64,000 nucleotides of DNA from Patescibacteria group bacterium (GTDB lineage: Bacteria; Patescibacteriota; Patescibacteriia; UBA1558; GWA2-36-10): NCBI GenBank assembly GCA_018819405.1, contig JAHJQF010000001.1:449377-513376 (forward strand), given 5' to 3'. Position numbers and translations under genes: made by a program. Each line of letters begins with the position of its first letter. The stretch's first letter is position 1. Shown one piece after another: positions 49,996 through 58,916 of the stretch. The notes below the pieces were generated by a model. The model had not been told where the DNA came from. It was given only the letters and a program-made list of their open reading frames with translations, and did not search any database.

Positions 49996-50244
49996 TTACA
50001 TGTTTGGATTTCCGTTTGCAGGCATTTCTTTTTGGACTTTTTGTTCACACATTTTACAATTTGCTTTGTGTGTAAAAATTTCCCATAAAGCTGCCAGACC
50101 AACTAGTACATAGATAATTCTAGATACCATGGCCTCTTGTCCACCAAAGAGTTGTCCTACATCCCAGCCTAATATACCCACTAGAAGCCAATTTAGTCCG
50201 CCGACTACTAGTAGGAGAAAAGCTAGCATATGCAATGCTTTCAT
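49996..50244 (-). CDS. DUF378 family small membrane protein
   Basis: MKALHMLAFLLLVVGGLNWLLVGILGWDVGQLFGG matches DUF378 pattern. Confidence 0.6.
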   Translation of the reverse strand: MKALHMLAFLLLVVGGLNWLLVGILGWDVGQLFGGQEAMVSRIIYVLVGLAALWEIFTHKANCKMCEQKVQKEMPANGNPNM

Positions 50245-50332
50245 AGTACTTTTCCTTTCTACCCCACCAATTTTTATTGTTGGGATTAATTATTTAGTCT
50301 CCATATATTATAGCAAAAATAGGGGAATTTGG

Positions 50333-51208
50333 CTATTTGAAAAATATTGGAATTTCCAAAGCTTCATCATACTCAGGTAGACCCGACGGGTTGTCTTTTT
50401 TTAAGATTAAAGCACCTCGACTACCGTATTCGGGCTGATCAAAAGTAATCTGCCCCTCAAATTCGACAAAATCCTCGGTCATCCAGTCGTCTTTGGCAGT
50501 AGCGTAGCTCTCGGCGATGATTTTGCCGTCCCAGTCTACTAGGATGAGAGGGAAGCTGGCTTCAAAATACCAAGCTCCTCTGGCTAATCCACTGATAGTC
50601 AAAGGGGATGAGATTACTGAACCTAAGGTTGGAGTTTTTAATATTATATTTTCATTTTGGTATGGTATTTCTATCAAAGAGTTATTTTCTACAGCTAGGT
50701 ATTTGGAAGTACCGACTGTAGGCGGCGTAGTCATAGGGTCTTCGGGGAGTCTATCAGCATAATTTACTATAATAAGATTTTCTTTGAAGCTTATATTTTG
50801 CGGAACAATACGATCACCCAATAATATGCCGTTTGTACCAATATATCCTTGTTCAGTATTTAAAGCTACGGCTGCATAATAAAATGTGCTGCTACCATCA
50901 TTGTCTTGGGTTAATATTACTACTGTGTCATCTTTGGCGTCAAAATCAAGATCAGGACCAGCCTCCTCATCAAAAATTTTAATCTTTCCCTCACTCGCTT
51001 GGCCATTTATTAGGGTAATTTTTTGCCCGTCTATGATATAAGATGTATTTTTGGCAGAAAAGCCCTCTTTTAATGCAATATTCTGGTTACCATTTATATT
51101 TCCCGGGATTTGGATAGGCTCTAGTTTGCTAGGCAGAAAGTTGTATATAAGCGCGCTTATGACGACAAAACCAAGAGCAAAAAGTAGAATAATAGTAAAT
51201 TTTTTCAT
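50333..51208 (-). CDS. secreted hypothetical protein
   Basis: Signal peptide/TM, beta-rich. Confidence 0.5.
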   Translation of the reverse strand: MKKFTIILLFALGFVVISALIYNFLPSKLEPIQIPGNINGNQNIALKEGFSAKNTSYIIDGQKITLINGQASEGKIKIFDEEAGPDLDFDAKDDTVVILTQDNDGSSTFYYAAVALNTEQGYIGTNGILLGDRIVPQNISFKENLIIVNYADRLPEDPMTTPPTVGTSKYLAVENNSLIEIPYQNENIILKTPTLGSVISSPLTISGLARGAWYFEASFPLILVDWDGKIIAESYATAKDDWMTEDFVEFEGQITFDQPEYGSRGALILKKDNPSGLPEYDEALEIPIFFK

Positions 51209-51342
51209 ATTATTTAATTAATATTAAGTAATTTGAGTATATCAAAAAATATCTCCTCTGGCGATAGGCCTCGGCAGGTTGTTTTATGTCTTATTAAGTG
51301 ATATTATATTTGCATATTTTTAATTTTTATTTTCTTATATAT

Positions 51343-52689
51343 ATGAATATAAATAGAGATTTGGTCACTGAACCTATACCAAAGCTTATACGCAACATTG
51401 CTATGCCAGCTAGTATAGGTTTTTTCTTCAATACTATGTATAACGTAGTAGATACTTATTATGCTGGCTTTGTGTCTACCGAAGCTTTGGCCGCTTTATC
51501 TTTATCTTTCCCTGTGTTTTTTATTATTATTGCTATGGGTTCGGGTATTTCTACCGGAGCAACCGCTCTAATTGCTCATGCTTCGGGAGAGGACGATTCT
51601 CAAAGCGCCAAATATTATGCTATTCAGGCGATTAGTTTTTCAGTGATGGTGGCTGTGGCTTTAAGTTTCTTGGGATTATTTTTAGCACCATGGCTGTTTG
51701 GTATTTTAGGGGCTAGTGGTCAATATTTGGATTTAGCAGTTTCTTATATAAATATTATATTTTATGGAGCAATATTTTTTCTCCTCAATTTTATATTAAA
51801 TGGTATATTGAACTCACAAGGCGACACCAAGACTTTTAGAAACATTTTGATTGTTGGTTTTGTACTAAATCTTTTGTTTGATCCTTGGTTTATGTTTGGC
51901 GGTTTTGGTCTGCCAGCTATGGGTCTTAGGGGAGTAGCTGTGGCTACGGTTTTTATTCAGTTTATTAGTGTTGTTTATATGTTTTGGAGAGTTTCCAAGA
52001 CGGGAGTTTTTTGTAAAGACTGCCTAAAGATGATAAGACCCCAAAAAAAATATATTTTTGAAATATCAAAGCAAGGCTTTCCAGCTAGCTTAAATATGAT
52101 GACTGTGGCCTTAGGTATTTTTATTATTACTTATTTTATCAGTAAGTACGGCTCAGAGGCTGTAGCTGCCTATGGTATTGCCACTCGTATAGATCAGATT
52201 GCACTTTTGCCGGCCATTGGTGTCAATGTGGCGGCCTTGTCTTTGATTGGTCAAAATAATGGTGCCAAGCAATATGATCGTTGTCGAGAAGTAATCAAAA
52301 AAACCACCAAGTATGGGGCAGTGGTTGGCCTGATTGGTGGGTTTTTGGTTTTTATATTGGCTAGAGTTTTAATGAGTGTCTTTACCAAAGAGGCTAGTAT
52401 TATAGAACACGGTGTCACTTATTTACATATTTCAATATTTGCTTATGTAGCTTACACTTTCTTATTTATTTCTACTTCACTTTTGCAGGGACTAAAAAAA
52501 CCTTTTTATGCTATTTGGATAGGTATATATAGGCAGTTGCTAAGTCCGCCGATTGTTTTTTATTTTTTATCAACAGCTTTAGGCTTGGGCATAGTTGGTA
52601 TTTGGTGGGGTATATTTGCTATTACCTGGAGCGCGGCTATTATTTCATTTTTCTACCTCAGACATATGTCTGATAAAATACTAAAATAA
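51343..52689 (+). CDS. MATE family efflux transporter
   Basis: 12 TM, start placed at MNINRDLVTEPIPKLIRNIAMPASIGFFFNTMYNVVDTYYAG (MATE N-terminus). Confidence 0.7.
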   Translation: MNINRDLVTEPIPKLIRNIAMPASIGFFFNTMYNVVDTYYAGFVSTEALAALSLSFPVFFIIIAMGSGISTGATALIAHASGEDDSQSAKYYAIQAISFSVMVAVALSFLGLFLAPWLFGILGASGQYLDLAVSYINIIFYGAIFFLLNFILNGILNSQGDTKTFRNILIVGFVLNLLFDPWFMFGGFGLPAMGLRGVAVATVFIQFISVVYMFWRVSKTGVFCKDCLKMIRPQKKYIFEISKQGFPASLNMMTVALGIFIITYFISKYGSEAVAAYGIATRIDQIALLPAIGVNVAALSLIGQNNGAKQYDRCREVIKKTTKYGAVVGLIGGFLVFILARVLMSVFTKEASIIEHGVTYLHISIFAYVAYTFLFISTSLLQGLKKPFYAIWIGIYRQLLSPPIVFYFLSTALGLGIVGIWWGIFAITWSAAIISFFYLRHMSDKILK

Positions 52690-52766
52690 ATAGGTATCAA
52701 AAAATCGCCAAATAGGCGATATAAAATATTTTTATATTTATTTAGTTTTCATAACAAAAAAATGTT

Positions 52767-52928
52767 CTATTTTTTGTTGTATTGTTTGGCACAGTCAGGA
52801 CAATATTTTAATTGGCTGCTTCTTTGTCCGCTTTTGGTGACTTCCACCAATTGATGAGATTCTTTTCCGCAGCTTTGACAATAGCGAGACTGACCAGTTA
52901 CAAATTTATCTTTTTTATCCTTTTTGAT
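52767..52928 (-). CDS. small C4 zinc-ribbon ORF without recognisable start codon (ribosomal-protein-like?)
   Basis: Hand translation ...KKDKKDKFVTGQSRYCQSCGKESHQLVEVTKSGQRSSQLKYCPDCAKQYNKK*; no ATG/GTG/TTG in frame after the upstream stop. Confidence 0.25.
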   Translation of the reverse strand: MKKDKKDKFVTGQSRYCQSCGKESHQLVEVTKSGQRSSQLKYCPDCAKQYNKK

Positions 52929-53091
52929 AGATCTTTTTTAATGTTATTGTGCTAGCAGGTTAGGCCATTCAACTCCTCCTCGATAAACTCGGAGTCGCTT
53001 GAGACACTTTATTCTAATAATAAAATGGTCGGAGGCGTTAAAAACGCCGTAGATTACGAGTGAGCTTTTGCGAAGCAAAATGCGAATCGAG

Positions 53092-53168
53092 TGGCGGGAT
53101 CGAAGGGACTCGAACCCTCGACCTTCTGCGTGACAGGCAGACGTTCTAACCAACTGAACTACGACCCC
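53092..53168 (-). tRNA. tRNA-Asp (anticodon GTC), CCA encoded
   Basis: GGGGTCGTAGTTCAGTTGGTTAGAACGTCTGCCTGTCACGCAGAAGGTCGAGGGTTCGAGTCCCTTCGATCCCGCCA. Confidence 0.85.
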
Positions 53169-53280
53169 ATATAACTTGATTTACGAAAAAAAGTATACAC
53201 TATTTACATATTTTAGTCAAGGTTTACTAGGGCTTTGCGTTATTGTCCCTTAGTCTATTTTAAGATAAAATAATAGTACT

Positions 53281-54543
53281 ATGAAAAATTTAAAAAAATT
53301 CGGTCCCTATTTTATATTTTTTGCCGCCCTGTTGTGGGGTCTAGACGGTGTGTTGCGCCGTTCTTTGTTTGACTTACCACCAATTATAGTAGTATTTTAT
53401 GAACATATAATTGGTTTGGCCATTTTATCTTTTTGGCTTTTACCTAAAATCAAAACTATTAGCTTTACCAAAAAAGAATGGGGAGCTTTATTTTTAGTAT
53501 CTCTATTGTCAGGAGTATTAGGCACTTTGTGGTTTACTACAGCATTGACTAAGACAAATTTTATTTCTTTTTCGGTAGTATTTTTATTGCAGAAATTACA
53601 ACCTATTTTTGCTATGTTTTTTGCGGTGGTATTTTTAAAAGAGAAAATAACTACCAGATACATTGCCTGGGCTTTGGCGGCTTTGGTAGCTGCATATTTT
53701 GTGACTTTTCCTAGTGGTAATATAAATTTACAAACTGGCCAGGGCACAGCTATAGCGGCCTTGTTTGCTTTGGGAGCAGCTTTTGCCTGGGGCTCATCTA
53801 CTGCTTTTTCCAGATTTCTATTGTTGCGTCATTCCAATACTTTGATAACGGGCTTGAGATTTTTACTGACTTCTATTTTGTCTTTGGTATTTGTTTTTAT
53901 ATTGGGTAGCACTTCTTCTCTGGGAGCACCGACCGACAGTCAATTTTTGAGGTTTGTAGTGATTGCCCTATCAACCGGTATGTTGGCTCTATGGATTTAT
54001 TATAAAGGCCTCAAAAATACCCAAGTAAAAGTATCTACAATTTTAGAACTGACTTTTCCTTTGGTAGCAGTTTTGATAGATATAATATTGTACAAAAATT
54101 TTCTTCAAGCCAGCCAATATTTAGCGGCTGTTATTTTACTCTTGGCTATGTATATGGTAGCTAGACAAAACACATCTTTTGATAAGTTGTATAAATCTCG
54201 GATTGTCAGCGGTGCGGGCAGGGGGCATAGGATAGGATTTCCAACTATCAATATGAATATACCTAAAGGGTTTGAACACTCTTATGGTATTTATTGTGGC
54301 TATTTGATGATAGAGAACAAACAATACAAAGCAGCTTTTCATTATGGAGCTATACCTACATTTAAAGAAAAAAAACCTTCGCTTGAGGCTTATGTTTTAG
54401 ACGGGCATATTGATAATATATCGTCTGAGATTTCTTTTCGTTTTATTGCCAAGTTGCGTGATGTAGAAAAATTTTATAATAAAGATAAGTTGGTGGCCAA
54501 TATAGAGGAAGATGTAAGAAAAGCAAAAAATATTTTAAAATAA
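53281..54543 (+). CDS. EamA/DMT-type transporter fused to C-terminal riboflavin kinase domain
   Basis: ~300 aa with 10 TM helices (two EamA repeats), then RIVSGAGRGHRIGFPTINM...YGIYCG...LEAYVLD...FRFIAKLRDVEKF resembling RibF C-terminal kinase domain. Confidence 0.65.
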   Translation: MKNLKKFGPYFIFFAALLWGLDGVLRRSLFDLPPIIVVFYEHIIGLAILSFWLLPKIKTISFTKKEWGALFLVSLLSGVLGTLWFTTALTKTNFISFSVVFLLQKLQPIFAMFFAVVFLKEKITTRYIAWALAALVAAYFVTFPSGNINLQTGQGTAIAALFALGAAFAWGSSTAFSRFLLLRHSNTLITGLRFLLTSILSLVFVFILGSTSSLGAPTDSQFLRFVVIALSTGMLALWIYYKGLKNTQVKVSTILELTFPLVAVLIDIILYKNFLQASQYLAAVILLLAMYMVARQNTSFDKLYKSRIVSGAGRGHRIGFPTINMNIPKGFEHSYGIYCGYLMIENKQYKAAFHYGAIPTFKEKKPSLEAYVLDGHIDNISSEISFRFIAKLRDVEKFYNKDKLVANIEEDVRKAKNILK

Positions 54544-54671
54544 TTTTTATGGACCACTATTTGGTATAATATAGACCAAGTAGGGGGTATGTAGTATTTT
54601 TTACTATACATATTGACATTTTTACTATATTTTGATATATATCAATATATATTTAAATATATTTTTAGTAT

Positions 54672-56492
54672 ATGTTAGAAAAAATAATAAACTCAAAAAC
54701 CAGACTAGCTATTTTGTCTTTATTTTTTCAAAATCAAGATAAGAGTTTTTATGCCCAACAGATTATAAATAATACTAAGCTGGATCCAGCTAATGTGCAT
54801 AAAGAGTTAGCCAATTTACTAGAAGGTGGTTTTTTGTTGGCAGAGACCAAGAATCATCGTAAATTTTTTAAGCTTAATAAGGATAATGATTTTTATGTTG
54901 GTTTAAAAAAAATATTTACTAAATATAAAAAGAGTAGCGGAGAAGAATGGATGTCACTGGAAGAAATACCAAACTATTATCCTATGATGGTGTCAGTTGT
55001 CTGGAATGTGAAAATTGCTAACGATTTTTTCAAAAGACGGGGGTTGAAAAATAAACTTTCCAAGCTTTTAAATATTTTTGATGACAATATGAATAATCTA
55101 TTAGTTATCAAAACTGAATTTGATGCTTTGTCTCGGGAAGTTCTGGATAAATGTAAAGAAAGCCCCGAATGGGGCCAAAGATATGTGGATGATTTATATT
55201 TGGAAGAGCAAAAACTAATCAAAGCAACCAAGGATTTGGAAAAAATGAATTTGGCTAAGCTATCCAACAAGGAATTATTTAAAGTTTTTGATTATTATTA
55301 TAATAATGTCTACACAAATTTGCATATTTTTCATTGGATTCAAACGGTCGCTGATTTTGGGGACAACCTTTTTTCTAAATATTTGATGAAATATTTAAAA
55401 GATAAAATAAAAAATACCAAATATACTTTGGGAGAAGTATTTTCTGTGATGACTACGCCAACAAAAGATGGTTTGCCAACTATAGAATATAAGGATTTAC
55501 TGAAAATTTTAAGCTATATTTTGTCTAAGCCAAAAGTAGAAAAATATTTTAAAGAAACTGAGGTCAGAATTATAGTTAAAGATTTGGTCAACTTGGATAA
55601 AAAATTAGACAGCCTGATAAATAACCACGTGGCAAAATATTCTTTTCTTGGTTATGGTACCACCGGTCCAGGCTGGGCTAAGGATTATTTTGTAGACATA
55701 TTAGGTAGTTTGGCCCGACAAAAAGCTGAGCCGTCAGAGCTCTTGGACAAACTGGAAAAGGAAAAAATAAATACTAAAAATAAACAGACGGAATTTGTCA
55801 GAGTACTTAAGATAGATAAAAATCACCAAGATTTATTCAAGGTAGCTCGCGGTATTATTTTTACCAAGGGTAGCCGCAAAGAATCAATGTTTTATAGCTA
55901 TCAGGTCTCAGAAAATCTTTATCGTGAAATTGGAAGACGTTATTATCTATCAGTCAACCAAGTCAGATTTATGCATCCATTTGAGTTCAAGTATCTACTT
56001 TTGGAAGACAAATTTAGTGCTGCCAAGCTCAATGATAGATATAAATTTAGTTTACATTATTCTACCGGAGATATGGAGCGGGATGACAAAATGTTGACTG
56101 GCGACGAGGCAAAAAAGTTTTTGTCAGGATTTAATATAATCAAAGAGGAAATAAAAGATATCAAAATACTGGAGGGCGATTGTGCTTCTCCTGGTAGGGC
56201 TCAGGGAGAAATAAAACTTATAAATGTAGTATCAGATATGAAAAAAATGGAAGAGGGCAATATCTTGGTCTCTATTGCTACTAATCCGGATTTGGTGCCG
56301 GCTATCAAGAAGGCATCGGCTATTATCACAGATGTAGGGGGTATTACTTGTCATGCGGCTATCGTATCTCGTGAGCTTGGTATACCTTGTGTAATAGGCA
56401 CTCGTATTGCCACTAAGGTTCTAAAAGATGGAGATTTGGTGGCGGTTGATGCTACTCATGGGAAAATTAATATTGTCCACCAGACAAAATAG
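54672..56492 (+). CDS. wHTH-domain protein with C-terminal PEP-utilising-enzyme mobile (swivel phosphohistidine) domain
   Basis: N-terminus ArsR-like winged helix; C-terminal ~90 aa GGITCHAAIVSRELGIPCVIGT is the PEP-utilisers mobile-domain signature. Confidence 0.55.
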   Translation: MLEKIINSKTRLAILSLFFQNQDKSFYAQQIINNTKLDPANVHKELANLLEGGFLLAETKNHRKFFKLNKDNDFYVGLKKIFTKYKKSSGEEWMSLEEIPNYYPMMVSVVWNVKIANDFFKRRGLKNKLSKLLNIFDDNMNNLLVIKTEFDALSREVLDKCKESPEWGQRYVDDLYLEEQKLIKATKDLEKMNLAKLSNKELFKVFDYYYNNVYTNLHIFHWIQTVADFGDNLFSKYLMKYLKDKIKNTKYTLGEVFSVMTTPTKDGLPTIEYKDLLKILSYILSKPKVEKYFKETEVRIIVKDLVNLDKKLDSLINNHVAKYSFLGYGTTGPGWAKDYFVDILGSLARQKAEPSELLDKLEKEKINTKNKQTEFVRVLKIDKNHQDLFKVARGIIFTKGSRKESMFYSYQVSENLYREIGRRYYLSVNQVRFMHPFEFKYLLLEDKFSAAKLNDRYKFSLHYSTGDMERDDKMLTGDEAKKFLSGFNIIKEEIKDIKILEGDCASPGRAQGEIKLINVVSDMKKMEEGNILVSIATNPDLVPAIKKASAIITDVGGITCHAAIVSRELGIPCVIGTRIATKVLKDGDLVAVDATHGKINIVHQTK

Positions 56493-56545
56493 TTGGTGGA
56501 CTTTTTGTTTTGTATATATTAAACTTAATTTAAAATATCAACATT

Positions 56546-57487
56546 ATGGAATTTGTAAGAAATTTTAATAAATTAGACAAAAAAGATGTATCTTTGGCCG
56601 GAGGTAAGGGCGCATCACTCGGTGAAATGACCAAGGCAGGGATACCAGTACCGCCAGGCTTTGTCGTGCTAGCCGATTCATTTGAAAAATTTTTGGAGGA
56701 AACAGATTTAAATGTAGAAATAGATCATATTATCAAAAAAGAAGTCAAACATGAAGATATAAATTCCGTAGAAAAAGCTTCTCTAAAAATTCGTGATTTG
56801 ATAAGAGATGCCAAATTTCCTGATGATATCGCCAAAAGTGTAGAAGCGGAATTTAAAAAACTAGGTGCCAAATTTGTGGCTGTCCGCTCGTCAGCTACGG
56901 CTGAAGATTCGTCTATTGCCTCCTGGGCAGGAGAGCTGGAAAGCTATCTCAATACTACAGAAAAAGACCTGCTTAATAAGGTAAAGATGTGTTGGTCATC
57001 ATTATTTACCCCACGGGCTATTTTTTATCGTTTTGAAAAAGGATTGCAGGATAGTAAAGTATCTGTAGCTGTAGTAATACAAAAAATGGTTCAGTCCGAA
57101 GTGTCTGGTATTACTTTTACAGTCCATCCTGTCACTGAAGATAGAAAACAGATGGTGATAGAAGCTGGTTTTGGCTTGGGAGAAGCAATAGTATCTGGTA
57201 TGATTACCCCCGATGCTTATGTGATAGACAAGACGGATTTATCTATTATGGATATCAATGTGGCTAGTCAGGAAAAATATATTATTTATACTCCAAAAGG
57301 AAATAAATTTACTAATGTACCAGCTGACAAACGCGATGATCAAAAATTATCAGGTGCTCAGATATTGGAACTATCCAAGATTTGTGTGGGTATTGAAAAA
57401 CACTACGCTTTTCCTTGTGATATAGAGTGGGCTATGGAAAAAAATAAATTTTATATAGTCCAGTCTAGACCGATTACAACTTTATAA
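56546..57487 (+). CDS. PEP synthase / pyruvate phosphate dikinase N-terminal ATP-binding (PPDK_N) domain protein
   Basis: KKDVSLAGGKGASLGEMTKAGIPVPPGFVV N-terminus, ATP-grasp-like body VRSSATAEDS; no swivel domain. Confidence 0.65.
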   Translation: MEFVRNFNKLDKKDVSLAGGKGASLGEMTKAGIPVPPGFVVLADSFEKFLEETDLNVEIDHIIKKEVKHEDINSVEKASLKIRDLIRDAKFPDDIAKSVEAEFKKLGAKFVAVRSSATAEDSSIASWAGELESYLNTTEKDLLNKVKMCWSSLFTPRAIFYRFEKGLQDSKVSVAVVIQKMVQSEVSGITFTVHPVTEDRKQMVIEAGFGLGEAIVSGMITPDAYVIDKTDLSIMDINVASQEKYIIYTPKGNKFTNVPADKRDDQKLSGAQILELSKICVGIEKHYAFPCDIEWAMEKNKFYIVQSRPITTL

Positions 57488-57495
57488 TTTATTAA

Positions 57496-58398
57496 TTGAT
57501 AAATAAAATTATGGAAAATCCTTTTAAAACAACTTTTGAATCTGGTAAGGAAAATGTCGATAAAAAATATGGCCTTAATGTTCGTGCAGTATTAGAATTT
57601 GGACGTCATGAAGAGCCCGGAAAAACTCCAGAGGGTATGAGTGCAGATTATCTGACAGAGACAGGTAAACAAAACGCCGCTAATAGAGGTAGAGGTATTG
57701 ATGAAGCCAATGTCGCTGCTTATGCTTCACCAAAACAAAGAGCTCAGGAGACAGTTGATTTGCAAATGCAATCAGCTGATATATTTTCTGAAGGGGCTGT
57801 AAATGTAGTAAACAAAAAATTATCCAATTTGCCAGAAGGATTGACTAAAGACAGTTCTCAAAAAGAAGGCAATGAGTTTAAGGTCAAATTGGCTCAAGAA
57901 TTGGATACAGTAGAAGAATTTAAAAAAATCATGCCTTTGGCCAAGGAGTGGGCTCAACAACAAATAGGCGATGGTTCAAAAAGGTCAGCTTATGATTTGA
58001 TAATTCAATATTATCTGGACAATAGTGAGTTGTGTCAAAAAGAGGGAGTAGACACTCCTCATGAAGTAGCTACTCAGATCGCTTATCGGGTAGCCAGAGA
58101 AGTAGGTATGACAGAAAAATTTTTAAATAATACGGAAATAAGATTGGTAAATATTACTCACGGACCAAAATTGGAACCATTTTTGTTGGCCATAGTTGAT
58201 GATTTTAAGACATTGGAAGATATGGGAGATGCCATCAAACCAGGAGAAAGTTTTGAAATAGAGGTTGCAACAGATGACAATGGCAAAAGAGAAGTCAGAC
58301 TCAAACTGCGTGGTAAAAGCTATGAGATCAATGAAAAAAAGCTAGAGCTACTGGCGCATGAGTATAGAGATAAAATTTTGAAAGAAAGAAAAGAATAA
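57496..58398 (+). CDS. hypothetical protein, possible histidine-phosphatase-like motifs
   Basis: LEFGRHEEPG (RHG-like) near N-terminus and LVNITHGPKLEP later. Confidence 0.35.
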   Translation: MINKIMENPFKTTFESGKENVDKKYGLNVRAVLEFGRHEEPGKTPEGMSADYLTETGKQNAANRGRGIDEANVAAYASPKQRAQETVDLQMQSADIFSEGAVNVVNKKLSNLPEGLTKDSSQKEGNEFKVKLAQELDTVEEFKKIMPLAKEWAQQQIGDGSKRSAYDLIIQYYLDNSELCQKEGVDTPHEVATQIAYRVAREVGMTEKFLNNTEIRLVNITHGPKLEPFLLAIVDDFKTLEDMGDAIKPGESFEIEVATDDNGKREVRLKLRGKSYEINEKKLELLAHEYRDKILKERKE

Positions 58399-58424
58399 TT
58401 TTTTATAATTAACCCAAAAGATAT

Positions 58425-58772
58425 ATGGCAATGGAAACAATGGAACAATCTCAAGTAGAGCAGGAAGATGCTTTGTCTACCCAAGAGGTGATTGATTTGG
58501 CTCAAAAAGCTATTGATGAGCTAGATAGTGAAAAAGCAACTGAAGAATTTCCAGGCGCGGATGCTTACAAACGAGTTATGAAAATCGTAGTTTTGTCTGG
58601 CGCAGACGGTAAGGTGATAGAAAATTGGCAAGTCGGCTATGAAGAGCTTTCAGCTAAATATAAAAAACTTGGAGAAGGCGATAGGGCAGAATTTTTGGTA
58701 GAAAATAATCTTCAGTCAATGCTTCAAGGGGCGCTAGATAGTGCTCAGAGAAAAGTAGAAGAGAGTAAATAA
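58425..58772 (+). CDS. hypothetical acidic protein
   Basis: 115 aa, no motif. Confidence 0.4.
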   Translation: MAMETMEQSQVEQEDALSTQEVIDLAQKAIDELDSEKATEEFPGADAYKRVMKIVVLSGADGKVIENWQVGYEELSAKYKKLGEGDRAEFLVENNLQSMLQGALDSAQRKVEESK

Positions 58773-58793
58773 TAGAATAAAATATTTTTTTTA

Positions 58794-58826
58794 ATCCCGG
58801 CCGCGCAAAGCGCGGCCGGGGTTTTG
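58794..58826 (+). terminator. GC-rich hairpin terminator
   Basis: cccggccgcgc-aaa-gcgcggccggg + gttttg. Confidence 0.7.
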
Positions 58827-58916
58827 CTTGATATTTTATGCTTATGGTAGTAAATTTATAAGGTTAATTGTTGTTTGGCAATAGAAAACCTAAAACAAAG
58901 AAACGAGGTACTAGTC

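Noticed and set aside
52944-53153. ORF 52944..53153 (-) overlapping tRNA-Asp
   Set aside because: Reading frame runs through the tRNA gene and its trailer; artefact
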